Assembly (NCBI GenBank): GCA_000934665.2
Contig: JYFJ02001520.1
Span: 1 to 64,000, forward strand
Direction: 5' to 3'
Length of the DNA stretch: 64,000 bases
DNA from: Catajapyx aquilonaris
Taxonomy: Eukaryota
A program made the position numbers and the translations under genes. The first letter of the stretch is position 1. Each line of letters opens with the position of its first letter. Shown piece by piece: positions 1 to 10,631 of the stretch. The notes beneath the pieces are model-generated. The model was not told the origin of the DNA. It was given only the letters and a program-made list of their open reading frames with translations, and searched no databases.

Positions 1-363
1 AACTTTGTTTTTCCAGGTCGACCTTAAGTTTAATCATCAAGAAATTTTAATGGAATTTCTCTCGCTGTAACTTGGCCATTGCTCTTAAAACATTGAAGCA
101 GTTGTATAGAATCTATTCAACAATACCTCGGACATGAGCAATGGCCAAGTTACAGCAAGAGAAATTCCATTAAAATTTTTTGATGATTAAACTTACGGTC
201 GACCTGGAAAAACAAAGTTGGTGGTTTAGGTTGAAGAATTTAAGAATGCCAGTAATGAGTACGACGTTGAACTTGGCCGTATTTCAGATCTCACCACTTT
301 TGACGGCCAAGCAGTCGGAGAACTTGGCCTTTTTTTACAGAAAGGTTTTTGGTGGGATATTAT
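1..363. mobile_element. Foldback/MITE-like palindromic insertion in intron 4 of aspartic protease copy A (truncated by window edge)
   Basis: 1..84 is a near-perfect reverse complement of 137..219 around a ~52 nt spacer. Similarity to the paralogous intron of copy B (~8035 onward) begins only at ~364, so ~1..363 is absent from copy B. The left end and any TSD lie outside the window. Confidence 0.6.
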
Positions 364-508
364 AGTCAGCAAAGAAGACGGAAGCCCACATGATTTTTTT
401 ACGAATATCCACACACACGCAGGTTTTAAATACACACATCATTTTAATCGTGGGTTTGAGATTGGTTTGAGACAGTAATGTCCCACTCTCCACGCATAAA
501 GCACTTAC

Positions 509-3500
509 TTTGATATTATCGCTGGACAGATATCCAAACGCTTTCACTCCTGCCGTTTCATTGTAGTTAATGGTCGTTACAGTTTGAGTAGGCCTATACG
601 TCCAGGATTGTTCGCCGTCGAATCGATTACGCCCATCATGAATAGGACCTGAAAAGCATTAAAAATGCGAACACAGTGCAAAAAAACAGAGGGTGAAATT
701 ATTATCCGCTCACCATGGCAGCGGAATGATTCTTCTGTATACCCATAAGGTGGACAGCGAGTGGAGTACACCCAGAGGTCGGCTGATCCTGTATCAAATA
801 TCACGTTCAAGATTTGCGGAGGCTCTCCGATTTCTATGGGCCCGATGTATCGTCTCTAAGGAGAAATTTTGACAGTTGTTTCAAAATTTGTCCTATAAGT
901 GATATCAGAAATAATGGCTGTTCCAATCGAAATGCCCGTTTTCGTTATTACCACCTTTTTATTTCAATTAGTTACTTTTTAATTGTTATCGACTATTATC
1001 TGCCGCTAATATTATGTCGAATTATCTGAGTTTGGATTAGTGCTTCTACATATCCGGACTGTCCGGTATCCGGATATCCGAACCTGAATCAGAACCCTCT
1101 TCCCAGATCCGCACTATCCGGATAGTGTCGGACGGTCCGGATAGTCCGATTTTCGGACTATCCGGATAGTCCGAGTTTCGGATCCGGTCCGCGTAGTCCG
1201 GGTTTCAGATCCGAAACTTTGTAACTATCCTACTATCCGGATCTTGGGTTCCGTATCGTGGGTGTAGGGTAATAAAATGAGGTCATACATGAACAGTCTC
1301 TTCTTGAGTTAGAGAAATGTCAATAATTTCAATTACATCCACAACATACATTATGAAATGAAGACTATTATAGCTTCCATAGTACCGGTGAAAGAAAGTG
1401 CAGTGTTACCTATAGAGTATATACGTAATCGAATTTATCAGTTTGACCAAGGTTTGACTTATTGCATAGATATAAACAGAGAAATAAACCCTACAATCCG
1501 AAGCCCACACATGAAAAAAAAAATAGAAACCCGGGATTGAGAACTGTGACCTCTAACCGGCGACATACACACCACAGCACACATTCTTTTACACATACAG
1601 AAATTCGGATAGAGTCTGACTCTGAATGCGTAAAACGAAAGGGCCACGCGCAAAGTGACGACTCGTTTTCCGGCGGAAACTGGTTAATCACGTACTACTT
1701 TTTGTAGTCAATAATTTATTTCTCGCGATAATTTTTTTATGACAATCTTGTAATTGTCTATAGAGAAAACGCGTTCTGCTGCTGCCGACGTTCCAATACT
1801 GCTGCACTGGGTATATTGCTAATATATCATTGTTTGTCATTAAGTTTGTTTTTTGTTTACATTTGTTATTTGAAATTTTGAATAAGTAAAATAAACACAT
1901 TTTTGGTGGTATCTTATCTTTTTCTCAAACCATAATATGAATTTTTCCACCTAAAATAATTAGTTAGCGGAAAAAACCTAGTTATTTTTAAAGAGAACCC
2001 GTCGCGTAGGATCTATACATCATGTCTCCTTTTCTTTCTATTCGTACATGACGGTTCTCAATCTAATTTTTTCAGGTTACATTGGGTTGGATTGTGGCCA
2101 TATTAAGCTGACATAACGGCTCAAAACATTCACAGTTTTGTTCCATGACGTACGGTAACATTTTTCTCCTTTGTTTTGTTAATTTACTTTTTCTATTCGC
2201 TGGGCAACTGGCAGGGAGGCAACTCCACCTGCCGGTGGCGCCGCGCAGCGGCGCCCGGCCCGCCAAAAAACGAATTGTATGTTATCGGGTCGATCCCAAT
2301 GCGATTTTCCCGACTTCATAACTCGCGATCGGGTTAATCGATTTCAAATCGGAAACAAGATTTACACTCCGCTCACTCCAGTTTCAAACTTTAGCTGGAT
2401 AAACAACAACTAGGGCCATTACCGGGGTCATTAGCCGGGGTCAAAGTTCAAAAAAGTGTCGTTACTTAGACCAGGGTACAGCCTAAGCGGTGCGTCGTAG
2501 AGGGTCATACAATGTGTTATTCGAACCGCAATGTTCCCAGGGGGTGCCCTCCTGCCTACCTTTTTTTTGAGAAAAACCTTTACTTTTTGAGCTACAAGGC
2601 GATTTCGAAAGTGTCAGTTTTGTGGCTCTCGCTCCCTTTCTGTACGCTGTACCGAGACTGAGGGTGGCGTTGGAAGTCCCATTGTCCCCATAGTAAACGT
2701 CTTTCTCTTTCCTGAAGTACAGTACTTGGTACACACAGATATCGTGCCTTGTCGAAGGGGTCAATAACACACGACGTCGTGTTATTTTAAAAACCTGCCA
2801 TTTCTTTACATTACTTTATTCTGATGATGAAAAGAATTAAATAAAAATAAGCAGTAAAACTGCCGAAAGTTATTCTTCCTCTGGGTGAGATTAAAAGTAA
2901 GAAACAAGTCCATAGGTGGGGGTTGGTTCGTGTCATAGGGATGTGTGATAATCAAATATAATTCAAAACATTCGTGCTTTGGGTCTGGGAAGAATTAGGC
3001 AGATATCGCTTTTATGTACTCCTCCGACTCTCCTACTCTGCCTAATTCTTCCCAGACCCAAAGCTCGAATGTTTTGAATTATATTTGATTATCACACATC
3101 CCTATGACACGAACCAATTCCCACCTATGGACTTGTTTCTTACTTTTAATCTCACCCAGAGGAAGAATAGTTTTCGGCAGTTTTACTGCTTATTTTTTTA
3201 TTCAGACCTTCTCGCGGTCCAGACGAAATAGCTTCGGGGTCAGGATCCGGACCGCGCTCCTCCAATTGAGTAGCCCTGCACTATCCGATTTAAACGAGCA
3301 AAATGCGAAGAAACACTTAAGTACGGTATATGTAGAAACCCGACTTAAATGTATTATTTGAAAAGAAAGAAGCCCTAATAAGAAGGAAATAGAGCTTTTC
3401 TGCACGGAAATCGAATTAACCTCATGTTTTGACATAGACACTAGGCCTTTGGGACGGCCCATTTGACTGGAGGTTTTTACCTGCCTCCAATAAATGCGTT

Positions 3501-4451
3501 TTTAATATATTATGCGAATAAAATATACTAATTTCTCACAACAAACGTTCGATCCGGATCCTCGGATCCCGATGGGTACAAAGTGTCTCGGACCGGATCC
3601 GAAACCCGGACTATCCGGACCGGATCAGAAACTCGGACTATCCGGATAGTCCGAAAACCGGACTATCCGGACCGTCCGACACTATCCGGATAGTGCGGAT
3701 CTGGGAAGAGGGATCCGAAACAGGCTCGGATATCCGGATACCGGACAGTCCGGGAATCCGGATAGATGTTGAAGCACTAGTTTGGATTGCGTGTTATTGG
3801 CTGATTCGATTCCGTGCCATTGAACGTTCACGATAAAATATTTCTTTTTGTAAGGCTACTAGCTTGCTAGCTCTAGTTAAAAAATATGGACTTCCTGCCA
3901 CTTAACACTAGCAGATACGACTTTTTAAAAATAATAACCGAAAGTAACTTGAGATTATGTGATTTAAGTAGCTTATGCAACTAATTATGTAGCTTAAATA
4001 TCAAAATAAATTGCCAATATTATAACAGACATTTCAATAATTATTATTGAAGCCCTGTGTAGGTACTACATGTTTTACTGGGCAACAACTGCTGCTAATA
4101 ATCCGAAAATTCTGACACGTTATAATACACCTATGGAGTGCAACTGCGACTCCGAAGCTATACCTGGGCATATTCAACTCACGTCATATTCCCGAAGGTT
4201 GACTTGAGTTCCATTATTGTGTTTTGGGTTTCTTGCCCGTACTCTGAATGACCTAGGGTTTCTCACTCCCTGACCTCTTTCGAACGGCGCTAGGACCGAC
4301 TTGACTCGGGTCAGGGGAATGCTGTCCAAAAAAAAAAAGAATATGTCAGGCTTGATGACTTGAGTGATAACAAAGGGGCCTACTTGGTCAAGCAGAGGCT
4401 GCAGGAGACAAGCGATGTGACGATGGCCAAGAAACGGATGGATGTTATCAT
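509..4451 (-). CDS. Pepsin/cathepsin D-like (peptidase A1) aspartic protease, copy A, 5' part only (continues beyond left edge)
   Basis: Exons 4451-4384, 4321-4183, 855-714 and 648-509, all GT-AG and in frame. Signal peptide [20 protein letters not shown], a basic propeptide, then [31 protein letters not shown] (first catalytic DTGS motif) and GYLSSDNI. Exon structure matches copy B. Confidence 0.88.
1038..3779. mobile_element. Non-autonomous hAT-like DNA transposon (2742 bp) in intron 2 of protease copy A
   Basis: 8-bp target site duplication GTTTGGAT at 1030-1037 and 3780-3787. Termini TAGTGCTTC...GAAGCACTA. About 200 bp imperfect inverted subterminal arms packed with TCCGGA/ATCCGG motifs. 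The paralogous intron in copy B (~8670) lacks the insert. No transposase ORF recognised. Confidence 0.88.
2839..3203. repeat. Near-perfect long inverted repeat (~165 bp arms, ~33 nt loop) inside the hAT element; probable nested MITE
   Basis: ~2839-3003 (aataagcagtaaaactgccgaaa...tctgggaagaattaggcaga) is the reverse complement of ~3037-3203 (tctgcctaattcttcccaga...tttcggcagttttactgcttatt) with only a few mismatches. Confidence 0.85.
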
Positions 4452-6791
4452 GGTTTTGCTTCCCAAATGTTCCTTCGAACTTTTTAAATGCGGAACTGCT
4501 TCTCTCTCTCTCTCAACAATATCAGGGTGGAAAATATTGTCTGTTTGTTGTTTATAATCGGAGTTCTGGAGACAAGGGTGGCCATTGTCGTGAGTTTTGC
4601 TAATAGTGCATTTTGTGACAAAAGTATGAAACTCGATACGTCAGTTCTTTGGACACTTCTGAGGATATCTAGACGTGAAGACATGATGGCCGAGTCCGCC
4701 GGGGGTCTCTTTCGCAGAGTTACCATATCTACCAGGTAGGCCTACAGCATTCTTTAGGACGTTGTATTCGATTATACGTATGTCGGACCTGCGCCGGTTC
4801 GGGGTTCGAATTTAAGTTGGATGGGAATGCAGGTCAGGTGCGCATTAAAATAATTTAGATGCAAGGTACAGTTTAATAGCATTCTTTAATTATCTCTTTT
4901 TATTTTTTTGGTTATTAATTCAAGACATGGTTACTGCACTCTTCTGTACACGATCTACATGATAATTAATCACAGTTACAATTTCACAACTGATAACTTT
5001 AGACATTGAAATCACTCTCGTATCAACATGTTCCACTATTCGTCACATGATTCTAAATGCACTGATACACATTTCAAAACACACTTTCTCATTCTATGGT
5101 TACATAAAAGGAAAAACCTTTGCAATTGAAAATTTTCCAACAGGCTGGGCTTACCTATGACAGGTGGGTGTATGTTGTCAGCGTCTAGCTGTCTCTGTGG
5201 GGTCTGCTCTTTATTTTAAAATTCGACTTGTTTTAATAGGGTCTGATTTGGGGTGGGGTTGGGTTCATCTGAGCATCTTTTTGGTGATCTATAATCTTCC
5301 ATTATCTGGTTTCCCCCCAGCACTATAGACGTGTCCTCCTCGACCGAAGGGGCAAGGTGCTACTTACATTGATTCAAATCCGCAGTACGCATATGCCTTC
5401 GCTGGACCTGGCTCTAGTGGCCTTTTTTATTGCCTTTTGGCGCCAGCAAACCTGCCTCGTATTGAACTCTTGCTGCAATGCGTATTCTCACATGTCAAAA
5501 TAACTATGTAAAAATAATTACAATCACGGCAAAATGACTACAAGTGTGTCAAGTATGACCTGACTTGACAATAATTATCCTCCCTCAGCGGTAAAAATTT
5601 TCAATTCCCTTTTAACCTCTTCCACATAATGGTTAGCAACTTACACATAATGTACTCCCTTCATATAACAGTCCTCTAGTCACATAACATCACATAATAA
5701 ACAGTAATATAATTGTGGCGCATTGCACAATACAAACATGTGTAATAACAAATTAAAGTCCATCTCCAAATTCCTCAAGGGGTTAACCACTCGACTGTAG
5801 AGTGTACACTGTTGCTGGGTACTGCGTTGTCAACAAGCATAGGAGCTGACCCAGATAACATAGTAGAGCACTTTTTCTTTTCCTCTTCACTCCTCTCAGT
5901 TCTTACAGTTCCATATGTTTGCCCTGAAGAAGTTTAGAAATGTACGTAGAGATCCATGGTGGGAAATTTTCCCTGTCGTGATTTATTCGTGTCTGGAAGT
6001 CTACTTCCAAATCCCACAAATTCCCGGAATAACCATACGATACGAACTCACGTGAGATGTCCATCTTGAATGGTTAGCGTAATTGGCGGATGCGCCATGG
6101 TTTTGGCTGCGGGACTCACTCATAATATTTATTTCTGAGAGATCAATGATGGTGACAAAGACAATCCGGTTAGTGTACTCTCTCAACAATCCAAGAGTAG
6201 GCAGCAGTGATGTTGTTTATCGACATTTGCCCTGAACGTTGTCTTGATGAAACCAGCAGGTGTCCACCTCTCCACTTGTGGTTTGACAAAATGTTAACTT
6301 TGCACATTGTAATAGCGATATTCCGAAGCCACAACTCTTTTCTCATAGCTCATAGGACAGGACTTAATAATTCATGGTACGATCGATACTTTCACTTCAT
6401 TTACCAATATTATTTTTTAAATTAATCTAACGAATCTATTGATCTGTACATTTGCTGATCCTTCTGTAACTGAATTCTCATAAGGCCAGTGATTAGTGGC
6501 TCTAAGAGGTGAAACACAATCTACATAAAGTTAAATTCATGTACCGGCACTGTTTAATTTTGATTCCGAGCCCCCCCTCTCTCTCTCAATGAAAGGTTGC
6601 AATGATGACAAAAGTTGCAACTATACCACTACCAAATTTTAACTAACACCATGCCATCTCTCCATCCTGCTGATCGTCCCGTTCACGCAACATCCACGTG
6701 CATTCGCAGCCACGTGAATGCCACAACCAATAAGGCAGAGGTACACCATCTTCGGTCCTGGTTCCACGACAGATTCCCAATCGCCGCGTTC

Positions 6792-9038
6792 CTATATAGG
6801 CAAGTTCGTACGCGAGTTCGTAGGCTTGTTGCGGTGAGCAATCCCCACCTTGTTCTGGCCCATATCAAAAGCAACGTGGAATATGCGTAGGAACATGTTA
6901 CCAAAGATCCACAAGTCATCCTCCTCGTTTTCCGATGGCTTGAACGCGGAGAAACATTCGTCACGCCGCCGCCGGCGCGGTTCCTAAAAAAGGTCAGGCC
7001 ACTGTCACTCAATTTCATGCTATAAAATATTCCTTACCTGCCAGATGTATTCGCTTGCATTCATGGTGAAGCTGAAGTCGCCAAAGACGAACGTGACAAG
7101 CGGGAAGGAGTCCTTGATGTTGCAGTGCACTCGGTAGTTTCCTGATTCAGGCCAGGCTCCGATCCGGCCGTGAATGCCCTCCACAATGCTGGGTGGACCG
7201 AAGATGAGGTGCCTCCAGGTGACGAATCTGGCTCGGCAACCACGAATCTTGCAGTTTCGGTCGTAGTTGCCTATCTTCACGTCGTCCAAGAACACCTCCC
7301 AGTGCTTCATCTGACCTGTATTCGCATCCGGAGCCACATCCAACCAAGTCATAAGCTCTTGGAAGCCCACGCCGCCGACTCCTCCCAGTGTCAATGTAGC
7401 CATACCTCTGCTATTGTATTCAGAACTTTCCTGACCCCTGTCATGAAACGGTATCGTGTAATCAGAAATAGTTATTTTACGCAGAACTTGACACTAGAAC
7501 TAATAAAGTTTTTACTAAATATTTTGTTGCATATCTTAGGGTTTCAAAATATACGTGCCACAGTTCGAAAGAGAACACCGGTTCTCTCAACATCTTCCTC
7601 CCCACCAAGTCGAGAAAAACGGGTGTCTGGTAGGATGTGGAAAGAGACTTGTAGCCCAATCCCATCACGCCGTCTGCCCGAGAATCGAATTGCGGATCCG
7701 AAGTAATTTCAGTAAATGTTGTCCTCATCGAAAATCTCGACACCTGGAAATGCCACAACAGAGCAAACATGAGGGGGTAGAAACATTCGGATGCAAAGGT
7801 GCAAACCAGCACTTTCCTCCCATAAAATGGACGCCATCGTTTTGACTGATGTCACTGCAGTTGCAGTTCCGCTTAGAGGTATAATAAAAGAAAAATTCAT
7901 AACTGAAGAAGTACGAGTTATTATGAGGGAAGGTATGCGCCGATGGAAAGATCGGATTTGAATATTTTATGAAGTGCATTGGGATATAATATTGTACAGT
8001 TGATTCTATTATTCTTGCCTGTGAAACGCATTCAGTCAGCAAAGAAGAAGGACAAATCCACATGATTTTTAGCGAATATCCACGCACACGCAGGTTTTAA
8101 AAACACTAATCATTTTAATGGTGGGTTTGACATTGATTTGAGACTCTCCACGCATAAAGCACTCACTATGATCTTATCTGCGGACAGATATCCAGAAGCT
8201 GTCCCTCCTGCCGTTTCATCGTAGTTAATGCGCGTTTCGGTTTGAATGCAGGTCCTGGATACTGTGCCGTCGAATCGTCTTCTATCGTAATCACCTGAAG
8301 AGGATTAAAAATGCGAACACAGTGAAAGAAAACACTGGGTGAAATTATTATTATCATCCGCTCACGATGGCATGGTTCTCTCCTGGAATCAGCTGGACAG
8401 CGAGTGGAGTACACCCAGAGGTCTGCTGATCCTGTATCGAATATCACGTTGAAGATTTGCGGAGGGTCCCTTATTTCTATGGGCCCGATGAATTGTCCCT
8501 AAGGAGAAATTTTGACAGTTGTGGTTAAATTTGTTCCAAGTGATATCAGAAATACGGTAGTGGCTGTTCCAATCGAAATGCCATTATTCGTTACCAACTT
8601 TTTCTTATTTCAATTACTAGTTACTTTGTTATCGACTATTATCTGCTGTTAATATTAATGCCGAATTATCTGAGATGGGATTTCGTGTTATTGGCTGCTA
8701 ATAATCCGAACCTTCTGACACGTTATAATCCACCAGTGCAACTGAGGCCCCGAAGCTATACCTGGGTATATTCAACTCACATAATAATCCCGAATTTTGA
8801 CTTGTGTTCCATTGTGTTTTCCGTTTCTTGCCCGTACTCTGAATGACCTAGGGTTTCTCACTCCCTGACCTCTTTCGAACGGGACTACCGACTTGGCCAC
8901 GGGAATGCTGTCAAAACAAATTAGAATATTATGTCAGGCATGATGACTTGAGTGATAACAAGGAGCCTACTTGGTCAAGCAGAGGCTGCAGGAGACAAGC
9001 GATGTGACGATGACCAAGAAACGAATGAATGTTATCAT
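6792..9038 (-). CDS. Pepsin/cathepsin D-like aspartic protease homolog, copy B, ~410 aa, 7 exons, predicted catalytically inactive
   Basis: Exons 9038-8971, 8907-8781, 8498-8366, 8294-8167, 7743-~7555, ~7430-7038 and 6983-6792 (TAG); the exon 5/6 junction is ambiguous. Signal peptide [20 protein letters not shown]; motifs [41 protein letters not shown] and [25 protein letters not shown]. The second catalytic motif reads [15 protein letters not shown] instead of C.AIVDTGTSLI.GP. Confidence 0.9.
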
Positions 9039-10631
9039 GGTTTTGCTTCCGAAATGTTCATTCGAACTTTTTAAATGCGGGAATGCTTCTCTCTCAACAA
9101 TAACAGGGTGGAAATTGTAGTCTGTTTGTTGTTTACAATGTTTCTTGTCCTGGAGACATGAGTGGCGATTGTCGTGTGAGTTTTGCAAAGTAGGCCACAA
9201 AGAGCTTAATACTAGGAAGAGTGGAAAAAACGGTTTCCAAGCGTCGCCACTTTTTGGCCAGTTGTTTGGTCAACGGGTTTGGCTGTCGGCCACTACGCGG
9301 CGCCACCGTCGAGTGCTGTCGAGATGAATTTCAATACACTGTGTTGATTTAATATCAAGAGGCACATAATTAAGAGTTACAAATCTAAAAACTGACCAAT
9401 ATGAGGTCGTATGGGGTTAAGGAACTAATATTGGACCCGAAACTGATATTCTGCGCAGCTGGCCACCCTGCACCTAACAATACAAATAATCACCTCGTTG
9501 CTTAGAAATCACGTTCGAATTTCGAAATTGAACAAGTTCCTTTCCCGGCATAGTGTGGCGTAGACGTTCGGGTGCCGCGTGCTACTACTGCTGTTCGCGC
9601 ACAGGGTCTCGGATCACATTCTTTTCGTTACCAAAGGGCCCTCCACGGCTCTCGAGTTCACGGGAAGAAGAACAAGCCCGTCCCGCCACGACAAGATGGA
9701 CATAGCAGCGGGGGGTATATCTTCCTGTCATGTGACCATGTTCAGCATCATTATCAGTGTGTACCTTGGTGTGTATTGTATAGAGCAGAGTGTGGGATTG
9801 TAGTGGAAATCAATAAACTTTTGGCAAATAATATTTGCTTTTCGTGATGGTTTTTTATTCACAGGTCTTCCGCAACGTGTTTTGTCGGCAATTTGAAGGG
9901 AGTATACTAGTACTTATGACTTATTTCCAACCTCTGGGGCTTTTATTGCCATATTTCCGGCACTGCCTCGATCTACCGTATTGTACAATACTGTATCAAG
10001 TTTGGCTGTCGATCGCCAGGTGGCAGGTCAGTCGATTGGAGACACGGTTGCTATGCTACCAGCTGTTTTTTCCACTCTTCCTAGTATTAAGCTCTTTGGT
10101 AGGCCACAGATGAAATTGGCTGGCGGTGGTCGCCCTAATTATTTTGACCTTTTGTTATTAGATTCGACTCAACAATGGCAGTTTCTTCAATGTTTCTGCC
10201 ATTACCATTAATGCAATAATTGTGATGGTGACCAGGGTTGTCATCATGAGGCACAATAATTATTCAGTACTTGTCCCACCAAAAAATTCGGAATGCATCC
10301 ATTGCATTGTTTCGAGCTGTCACGTACCGTAAACACAACTGGCGTCATTCAAACATCTGTTAGGACCGGCGCGATTCGGTTTTTCCGCAATTACGCAACA
10401 CTATTGCTGGGAACCAACTAGATAAGAGCATATAATATCTGCTCATTTTTTTTTGTACCTTCTGTAATCAACCCGCAATGCGCTTTGAACACTGATCATT
10501 CCGCTTATCCTCGTATCCCTGAACCCTTACATAAAAAATATGACGTGCGTTATTGAGTCACGTGTCTCTCTGCAACTACTGACAATGATGGGACGGAAGA
10601 CCCGTGGGACTTGCTTGTCAGTCTGCAAATC

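Noticed and set aside
4785..4815. GGTTCGAAT B-box-like motif suggesting a tRNA or SINE
   Set aside because: No cloverleaf or properly spaced A box.
7170..7845. 178 aa and 96 aa plus-strand ORFs
   Set aside because: They are antisense shadows of protease exons 5 and 6.
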